From the NCBI GenBank assembly GCA_002457735.1, contig NTKO01000003.1:10248-74247 (forward strand): 64,000 bases of DNA. The letters are read 5' to 3'. A program made the translations under genes and the position numbers. This stretch comes from Bacteroidetes bacterium MED-G13. GTDB taxonomy: Bacteria; Bacteroidota; Bacteroidia; Flavobacteriales; Flavobacteriaceae. Numbering within the stretch: position 1 is the first letter of the stretch; every line of letters begins with the position of its first letter. Positions 48,668 to 57,304 of this stretch are shown piece after piece. The notes beneath the pieces are model-generated. The model was not told the DNA's origin. It made no database searches and saw only the letters and a program-made list of their open reading frames with translations.

Positions 48668-49794
48668 TTATCGCCAGTATTTACATTCATATTCCATTTT
48701 GCTCTAAGGCATGTCATTATTGTGACTATCACTTTTCTACTTCAATGAAATTAAAAAGTAGATTGATAAATGCTGTTGTAAAAGAAATTGGATTAAGAAA
48801 AGATGAAATTAAAACAAAAATTGAATCGATTTATTTTGGCGGAGGAACTCCTTCACTACTAAGTAAAGAAGAAATTAATTTAATATTATCTAAAATTCGT
48901 AATTCTTTCAATGTCTCAAGTAATGCCGAGTGTACATTAGAATGCAATCCAGAAAATGTAAATATTAATATAATTAATGATTGGAAAGATATAGGTATTA
49001 ATAGAGTTAGTTTAGGAATTCAATCATTTAATGATAAATCTTTGCAGTTGATGAATAGATCACATGATTCATTAAAAGCATTTTCTTCTTTACAACTGTT
49101 AAAGAATAATTTTAAAAATTTTTCTGTTGATTTGATATACGGAATACCCCATTCAAAATTGCATGACTGGAAAAAAGCTTTGAAGATTGTAACTGATTTA
49201 GACGTTCCACATATTTCAGCATATGTTCTTACAGTAGAGCCAAAAACAGCTTTAATAAAAATGATTGAAAAAAATCAAATCAAAGGAGTTGATGAAAAAA
49301 ATCAAAGAGACCAGCATATGTTTGCTTATGAGTTTTTAACTGAAAATGGATATGAGAATTATGAATTTTCAAGTTTTTCAAAACCTGGGTTTCAATGTAA
49401 AAATAATGTTACATATTGGACTAGAAAGGAATATATTGGCTTTGGACCATCAGCTCATTCTTTTAATGGAACTGAAAGAAAATGGAATGTGAGTAATAAT
49501 AGTATCTATATTGATAAAATAAATGCTAATATTTTACCATTAGAATCAGAAACTTTAACTCAAAATAACATATTTAACGAGATGGTAATGGTTGGTTTGA
49601 GAAGATCATCAGGAATTAAAATATCAGAAATTGAATCAACTTTAGGTATTTCTTATGGGGACTATTTAAATAAAGAAATCAAGTCAAAATTATATGAAGG
49701 AATATTGGATAAAAAAGATAATATTATATCCGTGAAAAAAAACTTCAAATTTATAACTGATGGTATTGCATCAGAACTTTTTATTACGAGTTAG
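48664..49794 (+). CDS. hemW: radical SAM haem chaperone HemW (HemN-like); start codon non-canonical or unresolved
   Basis: The track ORF starts at ATG 48745. The same frame is open from 48649 and encodes IASIYIHIPFCSKACHYCDYHFSTS, the CxxxCxxC radical-SAM cluster motif. No ATG, GTG or TTG lies upstream; the candidates are ATA 48664, ATC 48670 and ATT 48679. Confidence 0.8.
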   Translation: MVIASIYIHIPFCSKACHYCDYHFSTSMKLKSRLINAVVKEIGLRKDEIKTKIESIYFGGGTPSLLSKEEINLILSKIRNSFNVSSNAECTLECNPENVNINIINDWKDIGINRVSLGIQSFNDKSLQLMNRSHDSLKAFSSLQLLKNNFKNFSVDLIYGIPHSKLHDWKKALKIVTDLDVPHISAYVLTVEPKTALIKMIEKNQIKGVDEKNQRDQHMFAYEFLTENGYENYEFSSFSKPGFQCKNNVTYWTRKEYIGFGPSAHSFNGTERKWNVSNNSIYIDKINANILPLESETLTQNNIFNEMVMVGLRRSSGIKISEIESTLGISYGDYLNKEIKSKLYEGILDKKDNIISVKKNFKFITDGIASELFITS

Positions 49795-49835
49795 TTAATT
49801 TGATTTTTCTCTAAAGAATATAAAAAAGTATTGTT

Positions 49836-49843
49836 TATATTTG
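49836..49843 (+). promoter_or_regulatory. Bacteroidota -7 promoter box (TATATTTG) upstream of tRNA-Leu
   Basis: Exact match 12 nt upstream of tRNA position 1. Confidence 0.5.
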
Positions 49844-49854
49844 CTTTCAATTTT

Positions 49855-49936
49855 GCGGGCGTGGTGGAATTGGTAGACACGCTAGACTTAGGATCTAGTG
49901 CCGCAAGGTGTGAGAGTTCGAGTCTCTCCGCCCGCA
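49855..49936 (+). tRNA. tRNA-Leu (UAG), class II with long variable arm
   Basis: Acceptor GCGGGCG/CGCCCGC, anticodon stem CTAGA/TCTAG, loop CTTAGGA, T-arm GAGAG-TTCGAGT-CTCTC. Confidence 0.9.
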
Positions 49937-49954
49937 CAAATCTTTCTCAAATCA

Positions 49955-50815
49955 ATGAACACTGTTGATGATTTACTTGAACTTTTAAAACTAAAAAAAA
50001 AAGAAGATTATTTTCTAGGAATTAGTAAAACCATTGGTAGCAATAGTGTTTTCGGAGGTCAGGTTTTAGCTCAGTCATTACATGCGGCCTATAGCAGTAT
50101 TAATAATAGAGTATTGCATTCTCTTCACTCGTATTTTTTGGAGCGCGGTGATTTAGAAATCCCAATTAAGTATTATGTTGATCAAATACGAGACGGAGGT
50201 AGTTTTTCTACTCGAAGGGTTACTGCTAAACAAAAAGATAAGACTATTTTTATTTTGGCTGCATCTTTTCAAAAAAAGGAGTTGGGTCACCTCTATTACA
50301 AAAAAATTAATGATAAAATAAAACAGCCGGAAGAGCTTTTAAGTACTACACAACTAAAAAAAAAGTATGGTTTATTTATGTCCAAAAAATTAAAAAATTT
50401 TTTAAGTGTGGAAAGACCTGTTGAATTTAAGCCAATTCAAAGAACCAATCCAATTTTAAAAAAAAATATTCCACCAAAATTAGATGTATGGTTTAGAATT
50501 AAGGGGGAAATTCCATCTATGACATTGGAGGTGAAACAGCAAATTTTAACATATGTTTCTGATTATAATATTTTATCTACAACTCTATTTCCGCACTTAA
50601 CAAAAGCTGATTTTTCAAATACAATTATGGCAAGCTTGGACCATTCGATGTATTTTTACAGAGATTTTGATTTTTCTGATTGGTTACTATATCGAATTGA
50701 AAGTCCTAACACCTCTAATGCAAGAGGTATGTCAATAGGTCATATTTATAACAGAGAAGGACTCTTGGTCGCAACTGCAATTCAAGAAGGATTGATAAGA
50801 CCCATAAAAAAATAA
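49955..50815 (+). CDS. tesB: acyl-CoA thioesterase II
   Basis: Double hot-dog TesB-like protein (GGQVLAQSLHAA; DGGSFSTRRV). The track start at 49898 overlaps the tRNA, so ATG 49955 is used. Confidence 0.8.
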   Translation: MNTVDDLLELLKLKKKEDYFLGISKTIGSNSVFGGQVLAQSLHAAYSSINNRVLHSLHSYFLERGDLEIPIKYYVDQIRDGGSFSTRRVTAKQKDKTIFILAASFQKKELGHLYYKKINDKIKQPEELLSTTQLKKKYGLFMSKKLKNFLSVERPVEFKPIQRTNPILKKNIPPKLDVWFRIKGEIPSMTLEVKQQILTYVSDYNILSTTLFPHLTKADFSNTIMASLDHSMYFYRDFDFSDWLLYRIESPNTSNARGMSIGHIYNREGLLVATAIQEGLIRPIKK

Positions 50816-50828
50816 ACTATATTAGAAT

Positions 50829-51914
50829 ATGGAGCTTAATAGATTTGTTTGTAAAAATTATAGGGATCTTGATGATTTATTAAAATTTTCATGGTCTTCA
50901 CCAAGTAATATAGCACTGGTTAAATATTGGGGTAAGAATAAAGATCAAACTCCAAAAAACTCTTCAATTAGTTTTACACTAAGCAGTTGTAAAACAAAAA
51001 CTAGTATTATTTTTTCTAAAATTGAAAAAAAACTGGATGTTGTAAATTTCACTATTTCTTATGATGGGAAGAGACAAAATGATTTCAGACCTAAGATCGA
51101 AAAATACTTTGCATCCATCATTAAATACTGTCCTTACTTATTGTATTGTAATCTTGAGATAAATACAAAAAATACTTTTCCCCACAGCAGTGGAATTGCT
51201 TCTTCTGCAAGTGGAATGAGTGCTTTATCATTATGTATTATGAGTTTAGAAAAAGAAATAACCAAAGAAGACTTTTCTGGTAATTTCTTTTTTTTAAAAG
51301 CATCTTTTTTATCTAGAATTGGATCAGGAAGTGCCTGCAGAAGTGTTTATGGAGGCTTTAATATTTGGGGTAAACATAAAGATTTTGAACAAAGTTCTGA
51401 CTTATTTTCATTGCAATTGAATCAATCCATTTCTACAGAATTTGAAAATTTTCAAGACACTATTTTACTTGTGGATGAAAACCAAAAAGATGTTTCAAGC
51501 TCTGCTGGCCATAGTTTGATGGATAATCATCCTTTTTCTGTGGATAGGTACATGATTGCGAATAAAAATACATCTGCTTTAAAGATAATTTTAGAGAAAG
51601 GTAATCTGTTTGCTTTTTGTGAACTTGTAGAGAAGGAAGCTATGATGCTTCACTCGTTAATGATGACTAGCAGCCCATCCTATGTCTTAATGAAACCTGA
51701 AACCCTAAAAATTATTGATGAAATTAAATCTTTCAGAAATATGAATAAAGTACCTGTTTGCTTCACCTTAGACGCTGGAGCTAATGTACATGTTTTATAT
51801 CCTGAAAAAGATTCTAAATCTGTTTTAGATTTTATCAATTCAAAACTTTCCAAATATTGTTTTCAGGGAAAATTCATTAAAGATCATTTAGGTAAAGGAC
51901 CTGAGAAAATCTAA
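50829..51914 (+). CDS. mvaD: diphosphomevalonate decarboxylase
   Basis: SPSNIALVKYWGK and the GHMP motif SSGIASSASG, with MVD-typical length (361 aa). Confidence 0.85.
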   Translation: MELNRFVCKNYRDLDDLLKFSWSSPSNIALVKYWGKNKDQTPKNSSISFTLSSCKTKTSIIFSKIEKKLDVVNFTISYDGKRQNDFRPKIEKYFASIIKYCPYLLYCNLEINTKNTFPHSSGIASSASGMSALSLCIMSLEKEITKEDFSGNFFFLKASFLSRIGSGSACRSVYGGFNIWGKHKDFEQSSDLFSLQLNQSISTEFENFQDTILLVDENQKDVSSSAGHSLMDNHPFSVDRYMIANKNTSALKIILEKGNLFAFCELVEKEAMMLHSLMMTSSPSYVLMKPETLKIIDEIKSFRNMNKVPVCFTLDAGANVHVLYPEKDSKSVLDFINSKLSKYCFQGKFIKDHLGKGPEKI

Positions 51915-51932
51915 ATTTGTATATTTGATCAG

Positions 51933-52856
51933 ATGAAAGGTCCATTATTTTACTCAAAAATCCTTCTTTTCGGTGAGTATGGAATCATTGAAGATTCTAA
52001 GGGTTTATCGATCCCATATAATTTTTTTAATGGTGCCTTAAAGTTTTCCAAAGGCGAGACAAAAGAGTCAAAAAAATCTAATAAAATTTTACTTAAATTT
52101 CATAAGTATCTTTCTGAAATTCATGATCTACATTTAGACCTAAGTAAATTTGAAAAGGATCTCCAGAACGGAATATATTTTGACTCGTCTATTCCACAGG
52201 GATATGGGGTTGGAAGTAGTGGCGCTATTGTTGCGGCAGTTTATGACAAGTATGCGTTAAATAAAATTAAAATATCTGAAAATTTAAACAGAAACAAATT
52301 GGTGGATTTAAGAAATATTTTCTCTAAAATGGAATCCTTTTTCCATGGAAAATCATCTGGCCTTGACCCATTAAACAGCTACTTAAGTATTCCCATTTTA
52401 ATTGAATCTAAAAATAAGATTGATGTCACTGGGATCCCCATTGAAAAAGTAAATGGAGAGGGTGCTATATTTCTCTTAGACAGTGGCCAAATGGGTTCTA
52501 CAGCTTCAATGGTGGAGATTTTTATGAAAAAAATGAAGGACGAAGGTTTCCGTAAAATGTTAAATTCAAAGTTTATTAAATATACTAACAGTTGTGTTGA
52601 TTCTTTCTTAAAAGGAGATTTAAAAAATTTATTTAAAAACACGAAAATTCTTTCCGGAATTGTTTTTGAAAACTTTAAGCCTATGATTCCAAATAAATTC
52701 CATAAAATTTGGAAAACTGGAATTGAAAGTGGCTCTTACTTCTTAAAACTTTGTGGATCTGGTGGTGGTGGTTATATTCTTGGTTTTGCACCAAATATTG
52801 AAAAGGCAAAAAAAGATCTTACCGGATATAATTTAGAGGTAGTTTACAGATTTTAG
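51933..52856 (+). CDS. GHMP-family kinase (mevalonate kinase or divergent phosphomevalonate kinase)
   Basis: KILLFGEYGII N-terminus, GHMP motif PQGYGVGSSGAIVAA and C-terminal KLCGSGGGGY. I cannot tell MVK from PMK without a comparison. Confidence 0.7.
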   Translation: MKGPLFYSKILLFGEYGIIEDSKGLSIPYNFFNGALKFSKGETKESKKSNKILLKFHKYLSEIHDLHLDLSKFEKDLQNGIYFDSSIPQGYGVGSSGAIVAAVYDKYALNKIKISENLNRNKLVDLRNIFSKMESFFHGKSSGLDPLNSYLSIPILIESKNKIDVTGIPIEKVNGEGAIFLLDSGQMGSTASMVEIFMKKMKDEGFRKMLNSKFIKYTNSCVDSFLKGDLKNLFKNTKILSGIVFENFKPMIPNKFHKIWKTGIESGSYFLKLCGSGGGGYILGFAPNIEKAKKDLTGYNLEVVYRF

Positions 52857-52858
52857 TT

Positions 52859-53734
52859 ATGTCATCGTCAGATAAAAATAGTTTGACGTTAACAAAAATT
52901 TTAGGTGCTTTTTATGTGGTTAGGATTCATAATATTTTTCTTCTTGTTTTCGCACAATATTTAACTTCAATATTTATTTTAAGTAGTTCTGAAAGCTGGA
53001 AAATAATTTTTGATAAGAACTTATTTTTAGTCATCTTATGTTCGACTATCTGTATCGTTTCGGGGTTTATCATCAACGATTATTATGATACAAAAAAGGA
53101 TAGTATCAATACCCCAATTAAATTTAAGTTAGGGGAATCCATCAACGATAAAACAAAGCTTTTTCTTTATTTTTTTCTCAATCTACTTGTTGTTCTAGTC
53201 TCTTCATTAATTTCCATGAGAGCAATATTATTCTTTAGTATTTATATTTTTTTTATTTGGTTTTACTCCCACAAATTAAGAAAGCTAGTTTTCATTGGAA
53301 ATTTGTTTTACTCTATATTAACTATCACTCCTTTTTTTGCGATACTTCTTTATTTTAAAAAAATTGAATTCATAATAATAGCTTATGCATTATTTCTATT
53401 TTTTATTTTACTGCTAAAGGATATTGTAAAAGACATGAAAAATATAAAAGGAGATTTTTCAGTAAATCATAAAACAATTCCAGTTGTATTTGGAGAGTCT
53501 TTTACCAAAACATTAGTGTCGTTGCTTTCCATAATAAATATCTTCTTAATTCTTAATTTATTTTTAAATTTCAATTCTGGTTTGATGTACTTTTATTATT
53601 TTTTGGCTTTAGCTGTAATGATTTATTTTATGTTCAAGCTTTACTTTTCAAAATCTACAGCGCAGTACTTATTTCTTCACAACCTATTAAGGTTTTTGAT
53701 AACCGCAGGGGTCTTTTCAATTGTGTTGCACTAG
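52859..53734 (+). CDS. UbiA-family membrane prenyltransferase (DGGGPS-like)
   Basis: 291 aa with about 8-9 TM helices, a first Asp-rich motif NDYYDTKKD and a second motif KDIVKDMKNIKGD. It is the last gene of the tesB-mvaD-kinase operon, separated by 2 nt. Confidence 0.8.
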   Translation: MSSSDKNSLTLTKILGAFYVVRIHNIFLLVFAQYLTSIFILSSSESWKIIFDKNLFLVILCSTICIVSGFIINDYYDTKKDSINTPIKFKLGESINDKTKLFLYFFLNLLVVLVSSLISMRAILFFSIYIFFIWFYSHKLRKLVFIGNLFYSILTITPFFAILLYFKKIEFIIIAYALFLFFILLLKDIVKDMKNIKGDFSVNHKTIPVVFGESFTKTLVSLLSIINIFLILNLFLNFNSGLMYFYYFLALAVMIYFMFKLYFSKSTAQYLFLHNLLRFLITAGVFSIVLH

Positions 53735-53818
53735 TTAAATATAATCGTTATTCTAATGCAAAAGCAGGTTTAGGATATTAATATAACTTTAGTACAGTCA
53801 AGTAATAAAATTATAAAA

Positions 53819-53847
53819 GGTGTTCTACAAACAGAACACCTTTTTTT
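53819..53847 (+). terminator. intrinsic terminator after the UbiA-family gene
   Basis: GGTGTTCT-ACAAAC-AGAACACC followed by T7. It abuts the 3' end of the convergent tRNA-Leu. Confidence 0.65.
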
Positions 53848-53848
53848 G

Positions 53849-53931
53849 TACTCAAGGTGGGAATCGAACCCACACTCTTAAAAAGAACTGGATTTTGAAT
53901 CCAGCGCGTCTACCAATTCCGCCACTTGAGC
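53849..53931 (-). tRNA. tRNA-Leu (CAA), class II
   Basis: The reverse complement folds as follows: acceptor GCTCAAG/CTTGAGT (G1-U72 wobble), anticodon stem CTGGA/TCCAG, loop TTCAAAA, T-arm GTGGG-TTCGATT-CCCAC. Confidence 0.85.
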
Positions 53932-53989
53932 GAGCGTGCTAAAGTAAAAAAATAATCAGAATTAAACTTAGTCGTTAAATTAAAATTTC

Positions 53990-53997
53990 TATTTTTG
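53990..53997 (+). promoter_or_regulatory. Bacteroidota -7 promoter box (TATTTTTG) upstream of prs
   Basis: TAnnTTTG match 49 nt upstream of the prs GTG start. Confidence 0.35.
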
Positions 53998-54045
53998 CAT
54001 CCTGTTGGAGTGGATTTATAAATACTTAACTATCAATATAATAAA

Positions 54046-54987
54046 GTGGCAGTAGTAAACACAAAAGCTAAAATTTTTAACTGTACTAATAGCATTGATC
54101 TTGCTAAAGAGGTTTCTAAGTTTTTTGGAACCGATCTAGGAAATATTACTATTTCCAGATATTCTGATGGTGAATTTCAGCCATCTTATGAAGAAACTAT
54201 TAGAGGTACTAGAATTTTTATAATTGGATCTACAAATCCAAGCTCTGAAAACTTAATGGAAATGCTTTTGATGATTGATGCTGCAAAAAGAGCCTCGGCT
54301 AGACATATTACAGCAGTGATACCTTACTTTGGATGGGCCAGACAAGATAGAAAAGACAAGCCAAGGGTACCTATTGCTGCAAAAATGATTGCAAAAATGA
54401 TTGAGTCAGCAGGTGCAACTAGGCTAATTACAATGGATTTGCATGCAGACCAAATCCAAGGTTTTTTCCAAATCCCTGTTGATCATCTTTATGCATCAAC
54501 TATATTTATTCCTTATTTGACAGCGCTTAAATTAGATAATTTATGTATTGCGTCACCTGATATGGGAGGTTCTAAAAGAGCATATGCTTATGCAAAAAAT
54601 CTAAGTTGTGATGTAGTTATCTGTTACAAGCAAAGATCTAAAGCAAATGTAATTTCTCACATGGAATTAATTGGTGATGTAACGGGCAAGAATATTGTAC
54701 TTGTTGATGATATGGTAGATACTGCGGGAACTTTGACAAAAGCAGCTGATTTATTGATTGAAAAAGGAGCTATTTCAGTTAGAGCAATTTGTACACATGC
54801 TATACTTTCTGGAGATGCATATCAAAAAATTGAAGAATCAAAACTTGAAGAACTAATTGTTACTGATTCTGTTCCTAAAATAAAACCACATTCTAAAATA
54901 AAAATATTATCTTGCGCCGATTTATTTTCTGATGTTATGAAAAGAGTTCATAACAACAAGTCAATAAGTTCAAATTTTATAATGTAA
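54046..54987 (+). CDS. prs: ribose-phosphate diphosphokinase
   Basis: 313 aa with the DLHADQIQGFF motif and the PRPP-binding loop VLVDDMVDTAGT. GTG start. Confidence 0.95.
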   Translation: MAVVNTKAKIFNCTNSIDLAKEVSKFFGTDLGNITISRYSDGEFQPSYEETIRGTRIFIIGSTNPSSENLMEMLLMIDAAKRASARHITAVIPYFGWARQDRKDKPRVPIAAKMIAKMIESAGATRLITMDLHADQIQGFFQIPVDHLYASTIFIPYLTALKLDNLCIASPDMGGSKRAYAYAKNLSCDVVICYKQRSKANVISHMELIGDVTGKNIVLVDDMVDTAGTLTKAADLLIEKGAISVRAICTHAILSGDAYQKIEESKLEELIVTDSVPKIKPHSKIKILSCADLFSDVMKRVHNNKSISSNFIM

Positions 54988-54997
54988 ATAAAAAACA

Positions 54998-55675
54998 ATG
55001 AAATCAATTACAATCAATGGATCTAAAAGAGAAAGCGTTGGTAAATCTTCATCGAGATTACTTCGTAATGCTGGACAGGTTCCTTGCGTTTTATACGGAG
55101 GAGAAGGGCCAATACATTTCTCAGCACCAGAATTGGCATTTTCAAAACTAGTATATACAGCAAACGCATATACAGTTGTAATTGCCTTTGGTGAAAAAGA
55201 ATCTTATAATGCGATATTACAAGACATTCAATTTCATCCTGTTTCTGACAAAATATTACACATAGACTTTTATCAATTATTTGATGATAAAAAAATATCA
55301 ATGGATATTCCTGTTAAAGTCAGTGGAAACCCAATTGGTGTTAAGTTAGGAGGTAATCTGCAGAGAAACAAAAGAAAGCTGAGAATTAAAGCTTTACCGA
55401 CAAATCTTCCTGACAATATAGAGATTGATATTGCTGAGCTAAATATTGGAGATAAAGTTTATATAACTCAGTTATTTAACGAAAACTATGAGTTCTTACA
55501 TCCTGATAATACTGTTGTGTGTCAGGTAAGAAGAGCAAGAGCTGCATTAGTAGTTGAAACTGAAGAAGGTGAAGGTGAAGAAGGCGAAGAAGGAGCAGAA
55601 GAAGGTTCTGAAGGAACTCCAAAAGAGTCAGAAAGTACCGAAGGAAAAGAATCATCAGAAGCTAAAGAAGATTAA
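54998..55675 (+). CDS. rplY: 50S ribosomal protein L25/general stress protein Ctc
   Basis: L25/Ctc N-domain ([20 protein letters not shown]) plus the Ctc C-domain. It ends in an acidic E/G/S-rich tail. Confidence 0.9.
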   Translation: MKSITINGSKRESVGKSSSRLLRNAGQVPCVLYGGEGPIHFSAPELAFSKLVYTANAYTVVIAFGEKESYNAILQDIQFHPVSDKILHIDFYQLFDDKKISMDIPVKVSGNPIGVKLGGNLQRNKRKLRIKALPTNLPDNIEIDIAELNIGDKVYITQLFNENYEFLHPDNTVVCQVRRARAALVVETEEGEGEEGEEGAEEGSEGTPKESESTEGKESSEAKED

Positions 55676-55719
55676 CCCACAGATGCTTAATTAAAAAGAG
55701 AAGTTTTTACTAAAAAAAA

Positions 55720-55751
55720 GCATTCTGACATTTACCAGAATGCTTTTTTTT
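55720..55751 (+). terminator. intrinsic terminator after rplY
   Basis: GCATTCTG-ACATTTAC-CAGAATGC followed by T8. Confidence 0.7.
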
Positions 55752-55780
55752 ATTTTTGTAATCATGACTTATTTTCTAAT

Positions 55781-56338
55781 ATGAAGAAATTTCTAATTAT
55801 AGGCTTGGGAAACCCTGGTATTGAATATTCTAAAACTAGACATAATATTGGTTTTGAAATACTGGATTATATCTCGTCAGAAAGAGAGTGTAAGTTTGAT
55901 ACAGTTAAGCTAGCAGATATTACAAAATTTAAAATTAAGGGTAAAACAGTCTTCCTTTTGAAGCCTAATACTTATATGAATTTAAGTGGTAAGGCTATTA
56001 AATACTGGATGGATAATCAAAAAATAAAATTAGATAATATTTTAGTTATTAGCGATGATTTAAATTTAAAGCTCGGTCAAATAAGATTACGAAAAAAAGG
56101 AAGTAGTGGCGGGCATAATGGATTGGAAAACATATCCCAAGTTCTTGGTACTGAAAATTACTCAAGACTGAGAATAGGAATATCAAATCCCGGGTCAAAT
56201 CAAATCGATTATGTTTTAGGAAAGTTTACTGAAAAAGAATATAAATCAATTTTAAAGATATATCCAAATTTTAATAATTTGATTGAATCATTTGTTTTGA
56301 AAGGGGCAGAGTTAACCATGAACAACTATAATAACTAA
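55781..56338 (+). CDS. pth: peptidyl-tRNA hydrolase
   Basis: LIIGLGNPGIEYSKTRHNIGF and GSSGGHNGL motifs. Confidence 0.93.
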   Translation: MKKFLIIGLGNPGIEYSKTRHNIGFEILDYISSERECKFDTVKLADITKFKIKGKTVFLLKPNTYMNLSGKAIKYWMDNQKIKLDNILVISDDLNLKLGQIRLRKKGSSGGHNGLENISQVLGTENYSRLRIGISNPGSNQIDYVLGKFTEKEYKSILKIYPNFNNLIESFVLKGAELTMNNYNN

Positions 56339-56348
56339 TCTGTGCACT

Positions 56349-57284
56349 TTGATTTCTGAAGACTTTGAAAAATTAAAGGAAAATTATCCATCAGTTATTA
56401 CTGTTGGTACTTTTGATGGTATACACCTTGGTCATCGGCAATTGATAAAAAAAGTAATTCAAATTTCAAGTGAAGAGAATTTAAAATCAATTGTATTGAC
56501 ATTTGATCCACATCCAAGAAGTGTATTGGAAAACAATAAAAATATTAGCCTTTTAAATACTCATCAAGAAAAAGAAAATATTTTAATCCCATTGGGATTA
56601 GATTTTTTAGTTAAAAAAAAATTTACGATTGAGTTTTCAAAGATGTCCTCCGTTAATTTTGTAAAAAATATTTTGATTCATAGATTAAATTTGAAACATT
56701 TAGTAATCGGTCATGACCATCACTTTGGTAGAAATAGGACAGCAAATATCACCCAGCTCATTGAGTATTCAAAACTTTACAATTTTAAGGTTACTCAAGT
56801 TGATGCATTTAAGTTAAATGGTATTTCAGTTAGTTCAACAAAAATCAGAAATTTAATTAAAGATGGAAACATCGACCAGGCGAATAGATTTCTTGGATAT
56901 AATATGTTTCTTTCAGGAACTGTAGTGGCTGGTAAGGGAAGAGGAAAAAAAATGGGATTCCCAACTGCAAATATTCTTTTGGAAAAATTAAAAATTAAGC
57001 CAGGGAATGGTGTTTATCTAATATCATCCAAGTATGCAGGAATTAAAATTTATGGGATGATGAATATTGGTAACAATCCAACTTTTGATGATAAAAGCCC
57101 CTCCATTGAAGTGCATTTTTTTGATTTTGATCAAAAAATTTATGATGAAAATATCCAAATGCAAATAATCACAAGAATTAGAAATGAAATTAAGTTTTCC
57201 GGTTCAGATGAATTAAGTAATCAGCTCATTGAAGACAAAAAAAAATGTATTGAATTCATCTCAAGAAATAAAAAAAGCCCTTAA
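56349..57284 (+). CDS. ribF: bifunctional riboflavin kinase / FMN adenylyltransferase
   Basis: VGTFDGIHLGH nucleotidyltransferase motif and a C-terminal riboflavin kinase domain (GFPTANI). The TTG start is obligatory because there is no upstream ATG. Confidence 0.9.
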   Translation: MISEDFEKLKENYPSVITVGTFDGIHLGHRQLIKKVIQISSEENLKSIVLTFDPHPRSVLENNKNISLLNTHQEKENILIPLGLDFLVKKKFTIEFSKMSSVNFVKNILIHRLNLKHLVIGHDHHFGRNRTANITQLIEYSKLYNFKVTQVDAFKLNGISVSSTKIRNLIKDGNIDQANRFLGYNMFLSGTVVAGKGRGKKMGFPTANILLEKLKIKPGNGVYLISSKYAGIKIYGMMNIGNNPTFDDKSPSIEVHFFDFDQKIYDENIQMQIITRIRNEIKFSGSDELSNQLIEDKKKCIEFISRNKKSP

Positions 57285-57304
57285 ATTTAAACTAAAATTA
57301 ACCA

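Noticed and set aside
48641-48670. Possible -1 frameshift on the A6 run (CAAAAAAT) at the end of ruvC, which would fuse RuvC to HemW.
   Set aside because: The hemW frame is indeed -1 relative to ruvC and open from 48649. However, the sequence is not a canonical X_XXY_YYZ heptamer, there is no downstream structure, and a RuvC-HemW fusion has no biological rationale. A non-canonical start or a sequence error is more parsimonious.
49898-49954. N-terminal extension (MPQGVRVRVSPPAQ...) of the tesB ORF in the track.
   Set aside because: It overlaps tRNA-Leu(UAG). The homologous TesB sequence starts at ATG 49955.
55560-55675. Acidic E/G/S-rich tail of L25/Ctc ([18 protein letters not shown]...) as a second tandem-repeat locus.
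   Set aside because: This is low-complexity composition only. The DNA is not a regular repeat like the rpsP array.
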